NCBI GenBank assembly: GCA_016748015.1
Contig: JAAOMT010000009.1
Coordinates: 948,459-1,012,458 of the forward strand
Length of the DNA: 64,000 bases
From: Geosiphon pyriformis uo1
Lineage: Eukaryota > Fungi > Glomeromycota
Direction: 5' to 3'
Below the pieces are notes generated by a model. It ran no database searches. It saw only the letters and a program-made list of their open reading frames with translations, and was not told where the DNA came from. A program made the position numbers and the translations under genes. Below are positions 37,400-50,000 of the stretch, one piece after another (within the stretch, counting starts at the first letter, position 1; each line of letters opens with the position of its first letter).

Positions 37400-39831
37400 A
37401 CTCGGATATGTTGTCCTTGATAGGAGAGTTGTAATTCTTGGATTTCTCAGTCTAATTTTGCATTGGCTTTTTGGAGCCAATCATTTCTGACAAGGGCTTG
37501 ATACTGGGGCACATCTATTATAAGAACTTTGACTGGAATGGTGATTCCATCAAGAGTAAACAGAAAATTGTTAATTTCTTCTACTGGAGTCTTTTTCATG
37601 CCATCAGCAGTAACAATTACTGTTTGAGCTGGTCAATCGACATTTCTTTTCAACTGTTGCATTAACTGGTAGGTGATAATGCTTCTGGCGGATCCACTGT
37701 CTAGGATCAAGCGAATTGTCTTTCCTTTGACTTCTGCTTCAGTGTACATAGCTGTGATTGCTTTTTGTTCATTGGCGGCTGCATTGCTAAGCAGAAATGG
37801 TGACTCATTTGCTTCAAACTCAAAAGGAAATATATCTAAAAGATTGGCGTTTTCAGTGATTCTGGCTGGTGAGATTGTGATGAGAGTATAGAAAGGCTTT
37901 TGTTGTTGTGCTGCAGCTCTACTTTCCAAGAGTGCAGTATGGTAAAAATCCTGTTCTTCTAGCATTGTTAGATAACTGGGTTGAGTGTGATAGTGGTTGG
38001 GTCTTGGTTAAATGGAATTTCGGGGAACTAATTGGTTGTTCGAACTGATTCTATTGTTGTTTACTTGGTATTGGTTTTGTGGTGTGAATTGATTTTGTGT
38101 AATCAGTCTTTAAGCAGGTACTTGATAATGTTGTGTGGGTGGTTGTTGGTATTGCTGTTGGATTGGCTGTGGGGCAGGCTGATAATAGTTATTTTGGTAT
38201 TGGGGTCTTGGTAGATAGTGAGCTGGTGATGGTGATTGATAATAAGATTGCTGTGGTGGAGGATAACATTGATTACTCCTATTTTGTTGGTCTCATTGTA
38301 GCTTTCTGCAATCTCTTTTCCAGTGGCCAAAAATTCCACAGTAATGGCAATTCTAAGGCTGTTTATTAGAAAGTGGTACAAAGTTATTTTGATTTCGTCT
38401 TTGGGGTGGTTGATATCTTTGGGGTTGCTGTTGTTGTTGATTGGTGAAATAGTTTTTGACTTTCTTTGCAAGTTGGTCAATTTTTTCTTCAGCTGCTGAG
38501 CTGGTTTCTCCAATGACTAAGTTCACGAGTTTTGTACGATTGGTTTCTTCCATGGCCATTTCATATCTCTTTGCATGCTGAATGGCAGAGTTTAAATTGT
38601 CTGGGGCATGTGGGCGAACCTTTTTAATCAGTTTATCCTTTAAACCAGTGATAAATTGATCCAAGATTTGAGCATCAAAATAATAATCATTTGTTTTGAG
38701 TTGGCGAATTTGTCTGAGAAGTTTGTTGAATTTCCCAATATAAGTCATAACAGATTCAGAGGATTCTTGTTTGATATTGTGAAACCAATTTCGAAGGGTG
38801 ATGGAGGTATTATTGTTGGTGAACTGTTCAAGGAAGGCTGCTTTGAAAGCATTCCAATCATTGAATGGAGTGGCCAAGTTTTCAAACCATTCTTCTGCTG
38901 TTCCTTTAAGAAAGTAGGGAATTGTTCTTAATATTCTGACAGCATTCTATCCATTTGTATCTCCAGCTTTAGTAACTTGATCGAGCCATTCTTGGGGATT
39001 GGTCTCAATGTTTTCTCCATTAAATTCAGGGATTTTTGTGATGTATGCTGTCATTTTGTCTTCTTTGTTTTCACTGTCTATTGATTCTTCTTCAATTATT
39101 TCAGAGTTGTTTTCTTCATTCGCTGCTGTCTCAGAGTGTTCACTTTGATTTTCAGCTAGAAAATCAAGAAGATTGGAACTAGTTTGAAGGAGTTCTTGCT
39201 GTCTGGTGGGACTTCTGAGTGATGTAAAATCTTTTGGTCTCACAAATCAATTCAAGGGTAAATTAGGTGTTTGTGCTTGTGCAAGTGAAACTGGAAAAAG
39301 TGTGATGGTAAGTGGGAGTTTTGAACTTGTTTTTTGTTCAGGTGTTTGTAAGTGTTTGGCAGTTGTTTTTGGTGATATTAGAGTATTTGGGGTGGTTTTT
39401 GAGTATTGCTTCAATTTGTGTTTGCCTTTGTTGCTTGTTTCTGTTTTCGATTCAAAATCAATAGAGTATTGAGACTGCACTGGATATGTTTCTTCACAGT
39501 ACTTGATAATGTTAAAATTAAGTTCTTGAAAGTAAGTGGCAAGTGTTTCACTGTTAAGATCTTCAGTTCTCAACTGTGAATAGTGTGCTAAATTATTGTA
39601 AAAGTTGCTTCTAACTTCTGAGATATTGTAATTTCCAAAAAAATAATTGTTGATGCAGTTTTCAATGTATTGGTATACTGATTTCTTGACAACTTTAATT
39701 TCGTCTGAAATGTTGAATCTTTGCTTGCAGTGGGTGTAAATTGACTGGTAGTACTCTAGAGTTGTTGTGTCTGGTGTAATTACCACTTTGAATTTGTTTT
39801 TGCTGTGTTGTTTCCGTGGGAGAGCACCAAA
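37400..39831 (-). pseudogene. B2 N-terminal extension, gag (capsid, CCHC knuckle) and aspartic protease, all in one frame
   Basis: MTAYITKIPEFNG...QESSESVMTY...QFITGL; knuckle CHYCGIFGHWKRDC at about 38308-38349; protease LILDSGS at about 37695-37715. Confidence 0.92.
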
Positions 39832-40814
39832 TGTTACTGGAGGTTTTTGGTCTCTTTTCTTAATTGTTGTTGATGCCTGTTTGCTGTGAATTTACGTTTT
39901 CTGGATGTGATTAAACTTCCAGTAACTGAATTTATCTTCAAATTATCTCCTATAATTTGAACTGCTGGGCTTATAAGTGGAATGGCCAATTCCTTGCCAG
40001 TTACTTTATGTAGTTACGTTGTAGTAAATGTCAACTCTTTCCCAGGAATTGCTTGTTTGGAAGCTCACTAAAAATGTGTAGTTACTTTGCTGTGAAAATC
40101 AACTCTTCTACAAGAATTTTGTCTGTAGGCTACCCTAATGATTGTAATCAGAAAATAAAAAAAATAAAAAAAATGTAAAAGAAATAGAATTCTGTCGAGG
40201 GAAACGTTTTCTATTCAGGCCTGGAGTCACTAACAGTTTACTGAAATTGGTAGTTAATCAATTTCGAAATGTTAGTTGGATTTTTGGAGATTTTCTAAGT
40301 ACAATAATTAAAAAATTTGGTTTTTCGAATTATTTGATATTTATTTCTTTTTGTGTGTGTAGGAACAGTTTTTAAGAGGTAAATCTAAAGTAAGATATAT
40401 TTTCTCGAAGAGAAAAGCTCTTCTTTTATACAACTTGTCGTAACACTATTCTATAAACTTGAATTTTGCTATTTTCTATAATTTCGCTGAACTAAAGATA
40501 CATTTTGGTGAACTACAAGTTATTTCTACGAACTATTAGATATTTTGGTGAACTATCAATTATTTTGGCAAATTTCTTACAAATTTCAGCGAACTTTTTA
40601 AATGTTACATAGTTTGGAGTATTGCATGATTGATCATCACAATTAGGTTATATTTGTGTTATGTACAAATTGGGTTATTAATTAAATGATAATTTTGGAT
40701 ATATTTTGCTAATGTAATAAGTGATAATTTGAAACAATAATATATCCTAATTAATAATAAGATTTATAAAGGTTATTTTATGCTAAACAATATTTCTAAT
40801 TTTGTCTGGTAACA
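39832..40814 (-). repeat. 5' LTR of B2
   Basis: TG...CA ends, adjacent PBS. Confidence 0.95.
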
Positions 40815-40818
40815 CCGA

Positions 40819-43174
40819 CTAGAGCTTGATATTAAGGTGCATCCATAACAAGAACTTTAACTGGAATGGTGATTCCATCAATTGTAAAGAGGAAGTCATC
40901 AATTTCTCCTACTGGAGTCTTCTTTATACCATTAGCTATGACAATAACTGTTTGAGCTGGTCTGTCTACATTTTGTTTGAGTTGTTGCATCAGCTGGTAA
41001 GTGATGATACTTCCAGCCGATCCACTATCTAAGATTAAGCGAATAGGTTTTCCTTCCACTGTAGCTTCTGTGTACATAGCAGTGATTGCTTTCTGTTCAT
41101 TGATTGCTGCATTACTAAGCAGAAATGGTGATTCATTTGCTTCAAATTCAAATGGAAATATATCTGACAGATTGGCATTTTGGGCAATTTGAGCTGGTGG
41201 AATGGTGTGGTTGGAAGAGTTTAAACTTGGTGCTGCAACTTCACTTTCAGAAAGTGCAGTTTGTTGAAAATCCGATTCCTCTAATATTGTAAGATAACTG
41301 GGTTGAGTGTAATAGTGATTGGGTCTTTGCTGACCAGAATTTCAGGGAATCAACTGGTTATTTGGATTGATTCTGTTGTGGTTACTCTGCAATTGATTTT
41401 GGGGTGTGAATTGGTTATGTTGAACCAATCTTCTTGCTGGTACTTGATATTGTTGAGTGGGTGGTGTCTGATATGGCTGAATTGGTAAAGGTTGCTGATA
41501 TTGTTGCTGCATTGGTTGTGGAGCTGGTGGATAGTAACTGTTTTGATTTTGTGGTCTTGGTGAATAATAGGTTGGTAGTGGAGATTGGTAATAAGATTGT
41601 TATGGTAAAGAGTAACGTTGATTACTCTTGTTTTGTTGGTCTCTTTGTAATTTCTTACAATCTCGTTTCCAGTGTTCTGGAATTCCACAATAATGACAAT
41701 TTTGAGATTGGTTGTTGAATGGTGATCTAAAATTGTTTTGGTTGTATCATTATGGGGGTTGATATCTTTGTGGTTGTTGTTGCTGTTGTTGTTGGTTTGT
41801 GAAATAGCTTTCAACATTTTTTGTGAGTTGGTCTATCTTTTCTTCAGCTGCTGAGCTGGTTTCTCCAATTGCAAGGTTTACAAGCTTGGTGTGATTTGCT
41901 TCTTCTATTGCCATTTCATAGCTCTTTGTATGTCTAATAGCAGTTGCTAAGTCTGCTGAAGCATGTGGATGGACTTTCTTAATTAATTTGTCTTTTAACC
42001 CTGCTATAAACTGATCCAGAATTTGAGCATCAGAATAGTAATCATTGGTTTCCAATTGTCGGATTTGTCTGAGAAGTTTGTTAAATCTTCCAAGATAGGT
42101 CATAACAGTTTCAGATGTTTCTTGTTTGATATTGTGAAAGCAGTTTCTGAGAGTGATAGAGATATAGTTGTCAGTGAATTGTTGTAGAAAAGCATCTTTG
42201 AATGCTTGCCAGTTTTCAAATGGTTCTTCTAAATTTTCAAACCATTTTCCTGCTGTTTCTTAGAGAAAGTAGGGAATTGCTTTGAGCATTCTTGCTGTAA
42301 TCCAATCATTTGCATCTTCTGCTTTTTGAACTTTGTCAAGCCATTTTTGAGGACTGGTATCATTGTCTTTACCAGTGAATTCTGAGATTTTTGCAATATA
42401 AGCAGTTGTCATTTTTTTTTTGTTTTCTGTAATTTCTTCTGGTTCTGATTCGGTTTCTTCACTTTCCAAGCTTTCTGAATAATTACTTTCGTTTTCTTGT
42501 AAGTAATCAATAATATTGGCACTTGTTGATATTGGTTCCTGCTGTTAAGTAGGATTTCTAGGTGACTGAAAATCTTCTGGTCTGGAGAAGTGGTTGAGTA
42601 GTGAATTTGGTGTTTGTAGTTGAACAAATAAAATTGGAAATAGTGTAATAGAAAGTGGTAATTTGACACTAGTTCTTTGTTCAGGTGTTTGCAAGTGTTT
42701 GGCAGGTGTCTTTTATAGTGTTGGAATGTTTGGAGTGGTTCTTGAGTATTGTTTCAATCTTTGTTTGCCTTTGTTGCTTGTTTCTGTCTCTGATTTAAAG
42801 TCAAAAGAGTATTTAAACTGTACTGGGTATTTTTCTTTACAATACTCAATAATGTTAAAATTAAGTTCTTGGAAGTAGGTAGCAAGTATTTCACTATTCA
42901 GGTTTTCTGTTCCCAATTGTGAATAGTGCACTAAATTATTGTAGAGGTTGCTTTTAATTTTTGAAATGTTGTAGTTTCCAAAAAGATAATTGTTGATGCA
43001 GTTTTTAATATATTAGTATACTGATTTCTTGACAACTTTAATTCCATCTGGAATGTTGAATCTTTGCTTGCAGTGGGTGTAAATTGACTGGTAATACTCT
43101 AGAGTTGCTGTCTCTAGTGTGGTTGCCACTTTGAATTTGTTGTTGCTGTGTTATTTTCGTAAGAGTGCACCAAA
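40819..43174 (-). pseudogene. B1 N-terminal extension, gag and first part of the protease
   Basis: MTTAYIAKISEFTG, QFIAGLKDKL, knuckle CHYCGIPEHWKRDC, LILDSGSAGSII; same frame as the downstream pol. Confidence 0.92.
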
Positions 43175-44144
43175 TGTTACTGGAGGTTTTTGGTCTCTTT
43201 CATTAAATGTTGGTAATGTTGATTTGCTGTGAATTCACGTTCTCAAGAAGTAGTTGAACCTCCAATAATTGAATTTATCTTTAAATTATCTCTTATAATC
43301 TGAACTGCTGGGCTTATAAGTGGAATGGCCAATTCCTTGTCAGTTATTTTACGTAATTACGTTGTAGTAAACATCAACTCTTTCCCAGGAATTGCTTGTC
43401 TGAAAGCTCACTAAAAATGTGTAGTTACTTTGCTGTGAAAGTCAACTCTTCTACAGGAATCTTGTCTGTAGGCTACCCTAATAATTGTAATAAGAAAAAT
43501 AAATAAATAAAAGAAATGTAAAAGAAATAGGATTTTATCAAGGGAAACGTTTTCTATCCAGGTCTGGAGTCACTAACAGTTTATTGAAATTGGTAGCTAA
43601 TCAATTTCAAAACATTAGTTGGGTTTTGGGGATTTTTTAAGTGCAATAATTAAAAAATTTGGTTTTTCAAATTATTTGATATTTATTTCTTTTTGTGTGT
43701 ATAGGAATGGTTCTAAGTAATAAATCTAAAGTAAGATACATTTTTTTGAAGAGAAAAGCTCTTCTTTTATACAACTTGTTGTAGTACTAGTCTATGAACT
43801 TGCACTTTTTTTCTTTGCTCAAATTTCGGCAAATTAAAGATACATTTTGATGAATTACAAGTTATTTCATTGAACTATTGATTAATTTGGGTGAACTATT
43901 CATAATTTCGGCGAATTTCTTATAAATTTCGGCAAATTTTTGAATATTATAAAGTTCAGCATATTGTGTAATTTGATCATTCTACTTTCTGTTATACTAA
44001 TTAGATTATTTTGATTGAATTATGATATGTGATAATTGATTAAATAATAAATAATAATTTGAAATGATATTAATATACTAATTAATTATAGGAATTATAA
44101 GGGTAATTTCATGCTAATTAATAACTAAAATTCTACTGGTAACA
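43175..44144 (-). repeat. 5' LTR of B1
   Basis: TG...CA ends, adjacent PBS and TSD. Confidence 0.95.
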
Positions 44145-44212
44145 ACGTGCTAATTACTATTCTCTTATTGGTCTACTATCTTTCTATATCTGTTCTCTTT
44201 TTATAAGTAACA

Positions 44213-44782
44213 ACATATTCTATAAAACCAACCAAAGTTTTTTATTCTTTTTAAGAACATTCTTAATCATTAATTCAACAGCAAATACTGAAAACTGAAT
44301 AGACATACCTTTCAATACCAAAAAATTATCACCATAGAAAACACTAAACTTGTTATATACAGACAAAATTTGATCAGATAAAATCTTAAAAAAAATCTTT
44401 TTGGTAGTCTCGATCAAAGTGATAAGTTAAGTGTTTATAAAAACCCTATTTCACTTGTAAAGTTTAGAAATCATTAAGACTTATGTTCTCTTTCATAAAG
44501 TAAGTATATCACTAATAGACAAATATATATTTAACAAATCCAAAAGACATTTTGATATTTTATTGTCACTATGCTTCTAAAGTTTATTAGAAATGCCTAA
44601 TAAGCCAATAGTTTTGCTATTAAGCAGATTATTAATTATCATAAACAACTTTTCTATACTAATCTCCTTTATAATATTAGAAAAAACATTATTTTTTACA
44701 TAATTTAATGGTATATATTAGTGAGTTTAAAGATTAGACAATATTATAAACACAGCTTGTTTTTTTGTCTAATTTTTTTAAT
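44213..44782 (-). mobile_element. LINE copy 3, 5' remainder (RT N-terminal part; element 5'-truncated)
   Basis: IETTKKIFFKILSDQI...LWLVL joins 23586 across the ACAT TSD. Confidence 0.88.
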
Positions 44783-45439
44783 TAGTAGTAATAATAAGTT
44801 TAATAATAAAAAAAGCTTTTTGGAATTTATTTTAAATATTTTTATTATTATACAGTATTATTAGAAATTTTTTTGGTTTTTTTTTAATGTTGTTAATGTT
44901 ATTTTGTTATTAATTTTACTGTTAATAAAAGTTAATAAATCTTTAGTAAGCTAATTTTTTTTTAAAGTACTTCTTTATACTTTGAATTATATATGCTATT
45001 GGATTTATGATAAAATAATTAATTTTATGTTAATTACTTATATAGTTACTTTACAGTAAAAATTAATTTTTTTACAAAAAAATTTTATTTGTAAGTTTTT
45101 TAATTAATATGTAATTACTTTGTTGTAAAAGTTAACTCTTTTACAAAAAATTTTAACTATAGATTGTTTAATAATATAAATAAAAAAAAAACTAAAAAAA
45201 AAGTAAATTAAAAGGAAAAAATAAAAAATATATTAAGAAAGTTATTTTAAATTTAGACTTAAAAATAATTAACAATTATTAAAATTAGTAACTAATTAAT
45301 TTCAAAATATTAATAAAAGATAGGAACATAAAATTATTTACTTTCTTTCTCTTTTTCATCCAAAATTCTCGAAAAAGAGTCTATAGTTTTTTTGAAAGAA
45401 GTTTTTTACCATTCAGTAGCATAAATTAAAACTGTTTTT

Positions 45440-47064
45440 TGATTACAAGGCCACTGTTGGCTCTATTATTGCTGTTATAAAGAAAAACATTAAAGCTTCT
45501 GGTTCTGAAGATGGTTTCAAGGCTGTTGTATCAAGGAAGAAAAGGAAGAGTGGTGTGTTGAAAGAGAGTATTGATAATAAAGAGGTTGCTGCCAAAGCTC
45601 TTAGTGCTTGTTTATGGAGTTCTGAGACTGGTGACACTACGGAATCTGAGAGTATTGACATGGAAGAAAAATGCTTGGTTGAAAAAACCAGTATGGACTA
45701 TGATGATAATGGTACTTTCACAGGAGGGGATCCTGATCAAACACCAAAGAGTTTGCGTGTGAAGACCAAAAAAGTGTTAGAGAAGCCACTGAATGTGATT
45801 GATTATGATTCTGTCGATGCAGAAGATAATGTGTTGGATGATTCTTTTCTTCTCTCACCTTCTCTTTTGGCCAAACTGTCTATTTAAGTGCCTGTTCGCA
45901 AATCCTTCACTTTAGATATTGATCTGATAGTAGTGGCTGGAAAATCCTCTCATGAAAAAGTCAATTTTGTCAGAAAAATATTTTCAAGAGTAAATGGTTT
46001 TGGGGGGGCCTCTACCTCCTCAAAATTTGGTGGAATCATCTGGGTGTCTTTTACTTCTGAAAAGGCAATAATGGCAGCTGCACAGTTAACAAATGATCAT
46101 GGTATTATAGTAAACACCAATCTTAAGTGCCCCATCAACAATCATATGAATCAGGCAATTGTGTTGAAAAAAATTCCTGTGGGAACTTCTATTGAGGCAG
46201 TGCGTGCAGCCATTTCTGAATTTGGGGTTATTAAGTCGATCAAAATGCAGTTGGTAAGTCTATGACAAAAGACAATCATCAAATTGAAGGATCAGATTTA
46301 GGCTGATCTCTTGGCGGCTGAGTAATCCATCCTTATTGGGAAAGATGTGGTGCGTGTGGTCCAGGCCAATGTTGACAAACAAACATGAGATGTCAGAGAT
46401 AAGTTTAGGGCTTTGCTTTATACTCTCCCTATGGGCACCAATGCCTATGATCTTTGAGACTTCATTGGTTCAGTTGGTGGGAAAACATGTGTTATTGAGC
46501 ACAGTTCTGTCAGTTATGTTCAGACATGCTGTGCCACTGTGTGTTTCAATTCTGAGGGTAGCCTTATTCAGGCAATGGCAAACACTCCTGTTATAAAAGG
46601 TGTTGGTCTCTGATGGTCTTGTTTAACCACTCCCAATAGTGTCTTTTGGTAGTTCAGCTCAATCTGGTTCCATATCTTATGGTAAACCTCTCCCAACTGT
46701 TAATGGTGAATTGGAAGACCATTTGAAGAATATTGAAAGCAGTCTTGTCAGCTTCGTGGGACAAATTGGTGAGTTGGCTAAGAGGTTGGATTTATTTATG
46801 CTGGCAGTTTCCCAGTCTAGCCCTGGATGTCAGCTGTCAGTGACCCCCCCATCACAGAATCAAGAGGAGAATATAATAATGGGAATGGGTTTGGGTGATG
46901 CCACTAGTGACAAGACTACTGCCGTTCTTGGTTCAACTGTCTCATCTGAGATTGTAAAATTGGAAAACATGTTGGAAGGTCTCTCTGCTTCAATCATAAG
47001 CCTATCAGCATGCTTAGACGGTTTGGCTTTGGCAGATGGTGCTCTTTCTCTCCCTTTTTCTTAA
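45440..47064 (+). pseudogene. LINE 4 ORF1 (gag-like nucleic-acid-binding protein); internal deletion near 46630 removes the zinc knuckle
   Basis: Consecutive in-frame fragments (45555-46265...); C-terminal heptad-like segment LKNIESSLVSFVGQIGELAKRLD. Copy 5 retains an eroded knuckle at about 58620-58670. Confidence 0.8.
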
Positions 47065-50000
47065 TGAATAGTCTGGTATAGAAAATTGCTACATGTAATG
47101 TTCATAAATTGAACAATTCTGCAAAGTAAGATGATGTCAATTGTTGGCACAAGGATATAAACAATTTGGTTTCTATTTTCACAGAGTCAAAGCTTAAAGA
47201 GAAAGTTTGCTCATGGTTGGCCAACAAATTTGATGGTGTTCAGGTTTTTACTTCTGGTCTGGATTCTGGTTCTTTGGTGTTGGGATGTTAATCATCGTAA
47301 ATTCTTCTTTAGCAAAGCATATCTGCAAGATCTCTGAGGTGCCTGGTCAGCTCCTATCCATCAAGTTGCTTTTCAAAAATAAACTTTTGGTGTCTATTTT
47401 GGGGCTTTATGCTGGTGCTTCATTAGTGGCTTGGTTTTCTTAGGCTGGTGAGATCAACTTTCTCATTGCTAAAGCTGTTAATAAGTCTTTTTTTGTTATT
47501 TTTGGTGGTGATTTTAATGAAGATGGTTTGCACAAATGTGCCAGCTTCAAAAAATGTTTTGATTTAGGTTTGATTAACTCTCTGGAGGGAAGCTCTTTTG
47601 TAAAGTTACCTACTTGGTGCAATTCTCATGATATCACTAAGACAATTGATTATGTGTTTGTTTCTTCTAATTTGGTTGGTGCGGTGGTGAATCATGGAGT
47701 GAATAGCATTAAGGAATATTTTGATACTAATCACAAGGCTGTTTATGTTTTTGTGGGACTGGGTGGCCTGCTTAATGTCCAGCTGAATTCACTGCACAAA
47801 CAAGCTAATAGAGATTGTTGGAAGTATGATATCAAAAATACCAGTAAGATTAAGTGGTCAGAATTCAGGAATGCTACGGCTGCTAATGCCATTATGTTCT
47901 CAGATAAGTTTGTTGTGGCTGAGCAGTCTTCTGATTTGGATGCAATGTGAGATATTGTTTGTAAGATTATGGTTCTTTTGGCTGGTGGAACATTCAAGAA
48001 AAAATAGTTTAGGGGTTTCGATTGTGTTTTTAATAAGGTATCTTCTCGATTTCATAAACTGGAGCTACTTGTGTCTAAGCTGGTGAAGGCTTCTCGGTTG
48101 GTTTCTGGCGGTGATTTTGTCTTGTTGTTGAATACTTAGAACAGGCTTGATTCTGTGGGCATTTCGTCAATGAAATCTCTGTTTCTTTCTGGTGCTGGTT
48201 TTGATGCGATCCATTCTGGGCTGGCTAAGATGAGAAAGTCTTGCCGCTTTTCTAAGTTATTGGAATCTAAGCATGCTGAAGAATCTTGTATAAGGCAGGC
48301 TATTGAGAAGAGAATGGAGAGTTTTGAAGTAGATAAGGGTCACACTATTAGAAGTGTTTTGGAGCGTTCTTTTTGTAAAGTGGTGTTGGATCATTTGGTA
48401 GATGGTGGGGAGTTGGTCTTGGAGCCTAATTTGGTTAAATCTAAGGTGGATGAAATCATGGAGGGTTGAACTAGGAAACGTGTGGTGGTTTCTGATATCT
48501 TTGGTGATTGGACAAAACAATTTCTGCCTTTGGATTATGTCTTCGATGGTGCCTTCTCTAATATAATGCATTCAATCGGTTTTGATAAAATGTTTGGTGT
48601 TATTTTAAATTTGCCTAATAGAAAAGTGGCTGGTCTTTCTGGTATCCCTAATGAACTTTGGAAACACTATGACAAGTCAGTCTTGGATATGCTTTTGGTG
48701 CTCTTAAATTTTTGTTTGGATTGTGAGTCAGTGCCTAGACCTTGGAGGGAAGCCTGGGTCTCAATAATTCCTAAACCTTATGAGTGGGAGGGGGTTCTTA
48801 CAAATACTCACCCTATTGCTTTGATTGAGACAGCTCACAAGGTCCTTTCCAAGATTCTTTCAGATCAGATCTCTCTGGCTTATAGCACTTTTGATGTTCT
48901 CTGTGGAGACAATTTCTCTGTCCTGAAAGGTATGTCAATTCAATCGCCTATCTTTGCTATTGGTTTGGTGATCAAAGATGCTTTGGAAAAGAACCAAAAG
49001 TTGTGGCTGGTTTTACAGGATATGCACAAAGCTTATGATTCTGTTAGTTGGGAGCATCTCAAGAAAAGTTTGATCAAAATCAAAATGTGTGACAAATTTA
49101 TCAGATTTTTTGGTAGCATTCATAATGATTGCACTAACAGAGTAATGACAGATTTTGGTTTGACTAATAGATATCATGTTTACGATGGATTGGATTAGAG
49201 AGAGGTTTTTTCACCACTTCTCTGGCACATATTTTATGACTTGTTTTTGTGTAAAGTTAAGAGACAAAAGAGCATTTGTGATTACAGATTGATTTCTCAT
49301 TTCATTTCTAAGACTGGCTGGGTGAAATTTCAAGCTGGGCTGACATTGTTTCTGGCTGCTGGTGCTTTTGTTGATGATACTATCTGGGTCAGTAGCAGCC
49401 AAGCTGCTACACAACACATCCTTAATGTTGCTAGTGAGTTCTTTCATTTAAATGACATTTCGATAAACAATAACAAAACTGTGACCATTTCTATCAACTG
49501 TCAGGTTGCTGCTCCTTACTTAACTATTAGTGGTATGCCAATTTCCATTGCTAAAAGAGATGAACTTTATTGTTATCTGGGTATTTTTTTATCTTCTGAT
49601 GGTCTTTCAAAGCCTAGCTTGATTAAGGTGCATTCGGATGTTTGGTTTTTTGTCAATCTCATTCTGAGAAAAGTTATTTCAGATAAACAGTTTGCTTATT
49701 TGGTGTCTTCAGTTTTCTTTCCTATTGTCAGCTACAGAACTCAGTTCAGTTTTATTCCTCTCAGTGTGTGTAATAAATAGGATGCTTTGATTTGCAAGGG
49801 CCTGAAATCCAAATCTGGGCTACTTCTGGACTTTTCCAATAATGCATTTTATCATTTTTCCTTGTACAATTTAAGGACTTTAGAGCAGATTCAGACTGAG
49901 AGCAAGTCGGCTTCTGTTATTGCTTTTGCAAATTCGGTTGGTGTTTTGGGTTGCTTGTTTTCTTATAGGTCTCACAATCTTCAAGTTTTCAGCTGGTGTC

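Larger units (their letters stand above)
30925..40814 (-). mobile_element. Ty3/Gypsy element B2, full length (9.9 kb), sister subfamily of B1, inserted in the B1 protease
   Basis: LTRs 39832-40814 (5') and 30925-31907 (3'). PBS TGGTGCTCTCCCACGG at 39814-39829, PPT at 31908-31920, TSD CTGA (30921-30924) / CCGA (40815-40818). Confidence 0.96.
24367..44144 (-). mobile_element. Ty3/Gypsy element B1, full length (about 9.9 kb without nested B2), inactivated by nonsense mutations
   Basis: LTRs 43175-44144 (5') and 24367-25334 (3'). PBS TGGTGCACTCTTACG at 43158-43172, PPT GAGGAGGAGATTA at 25335-25347, TSD ACGT at 24363-24366 and 44145-44148. Domain order PR-RT-RH-IN. Confidence 0.96.
23587..44212 (-). 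mobile_element. Solo LTR of family A (23587-24366 plus 44145-44212), split by Gypsy B1
   Basis: Begins TGTTACAGATG like LTR A and shares internal blocks (AAGAGCTATTG...AAGTATCAATTACTATCAACAT). Ends GTAACA at 44212. TSD ACAT at 23583-23586 and 44213-44216. Confidence 0.88.

Noticed and set aside
37471-42878. Plus-strand Val/Leu-rich ORFs over the Gypsy gag regions
   Set aside because: Antisense shadows of CAA/AAC-rich gag codons, with no independent motifs.
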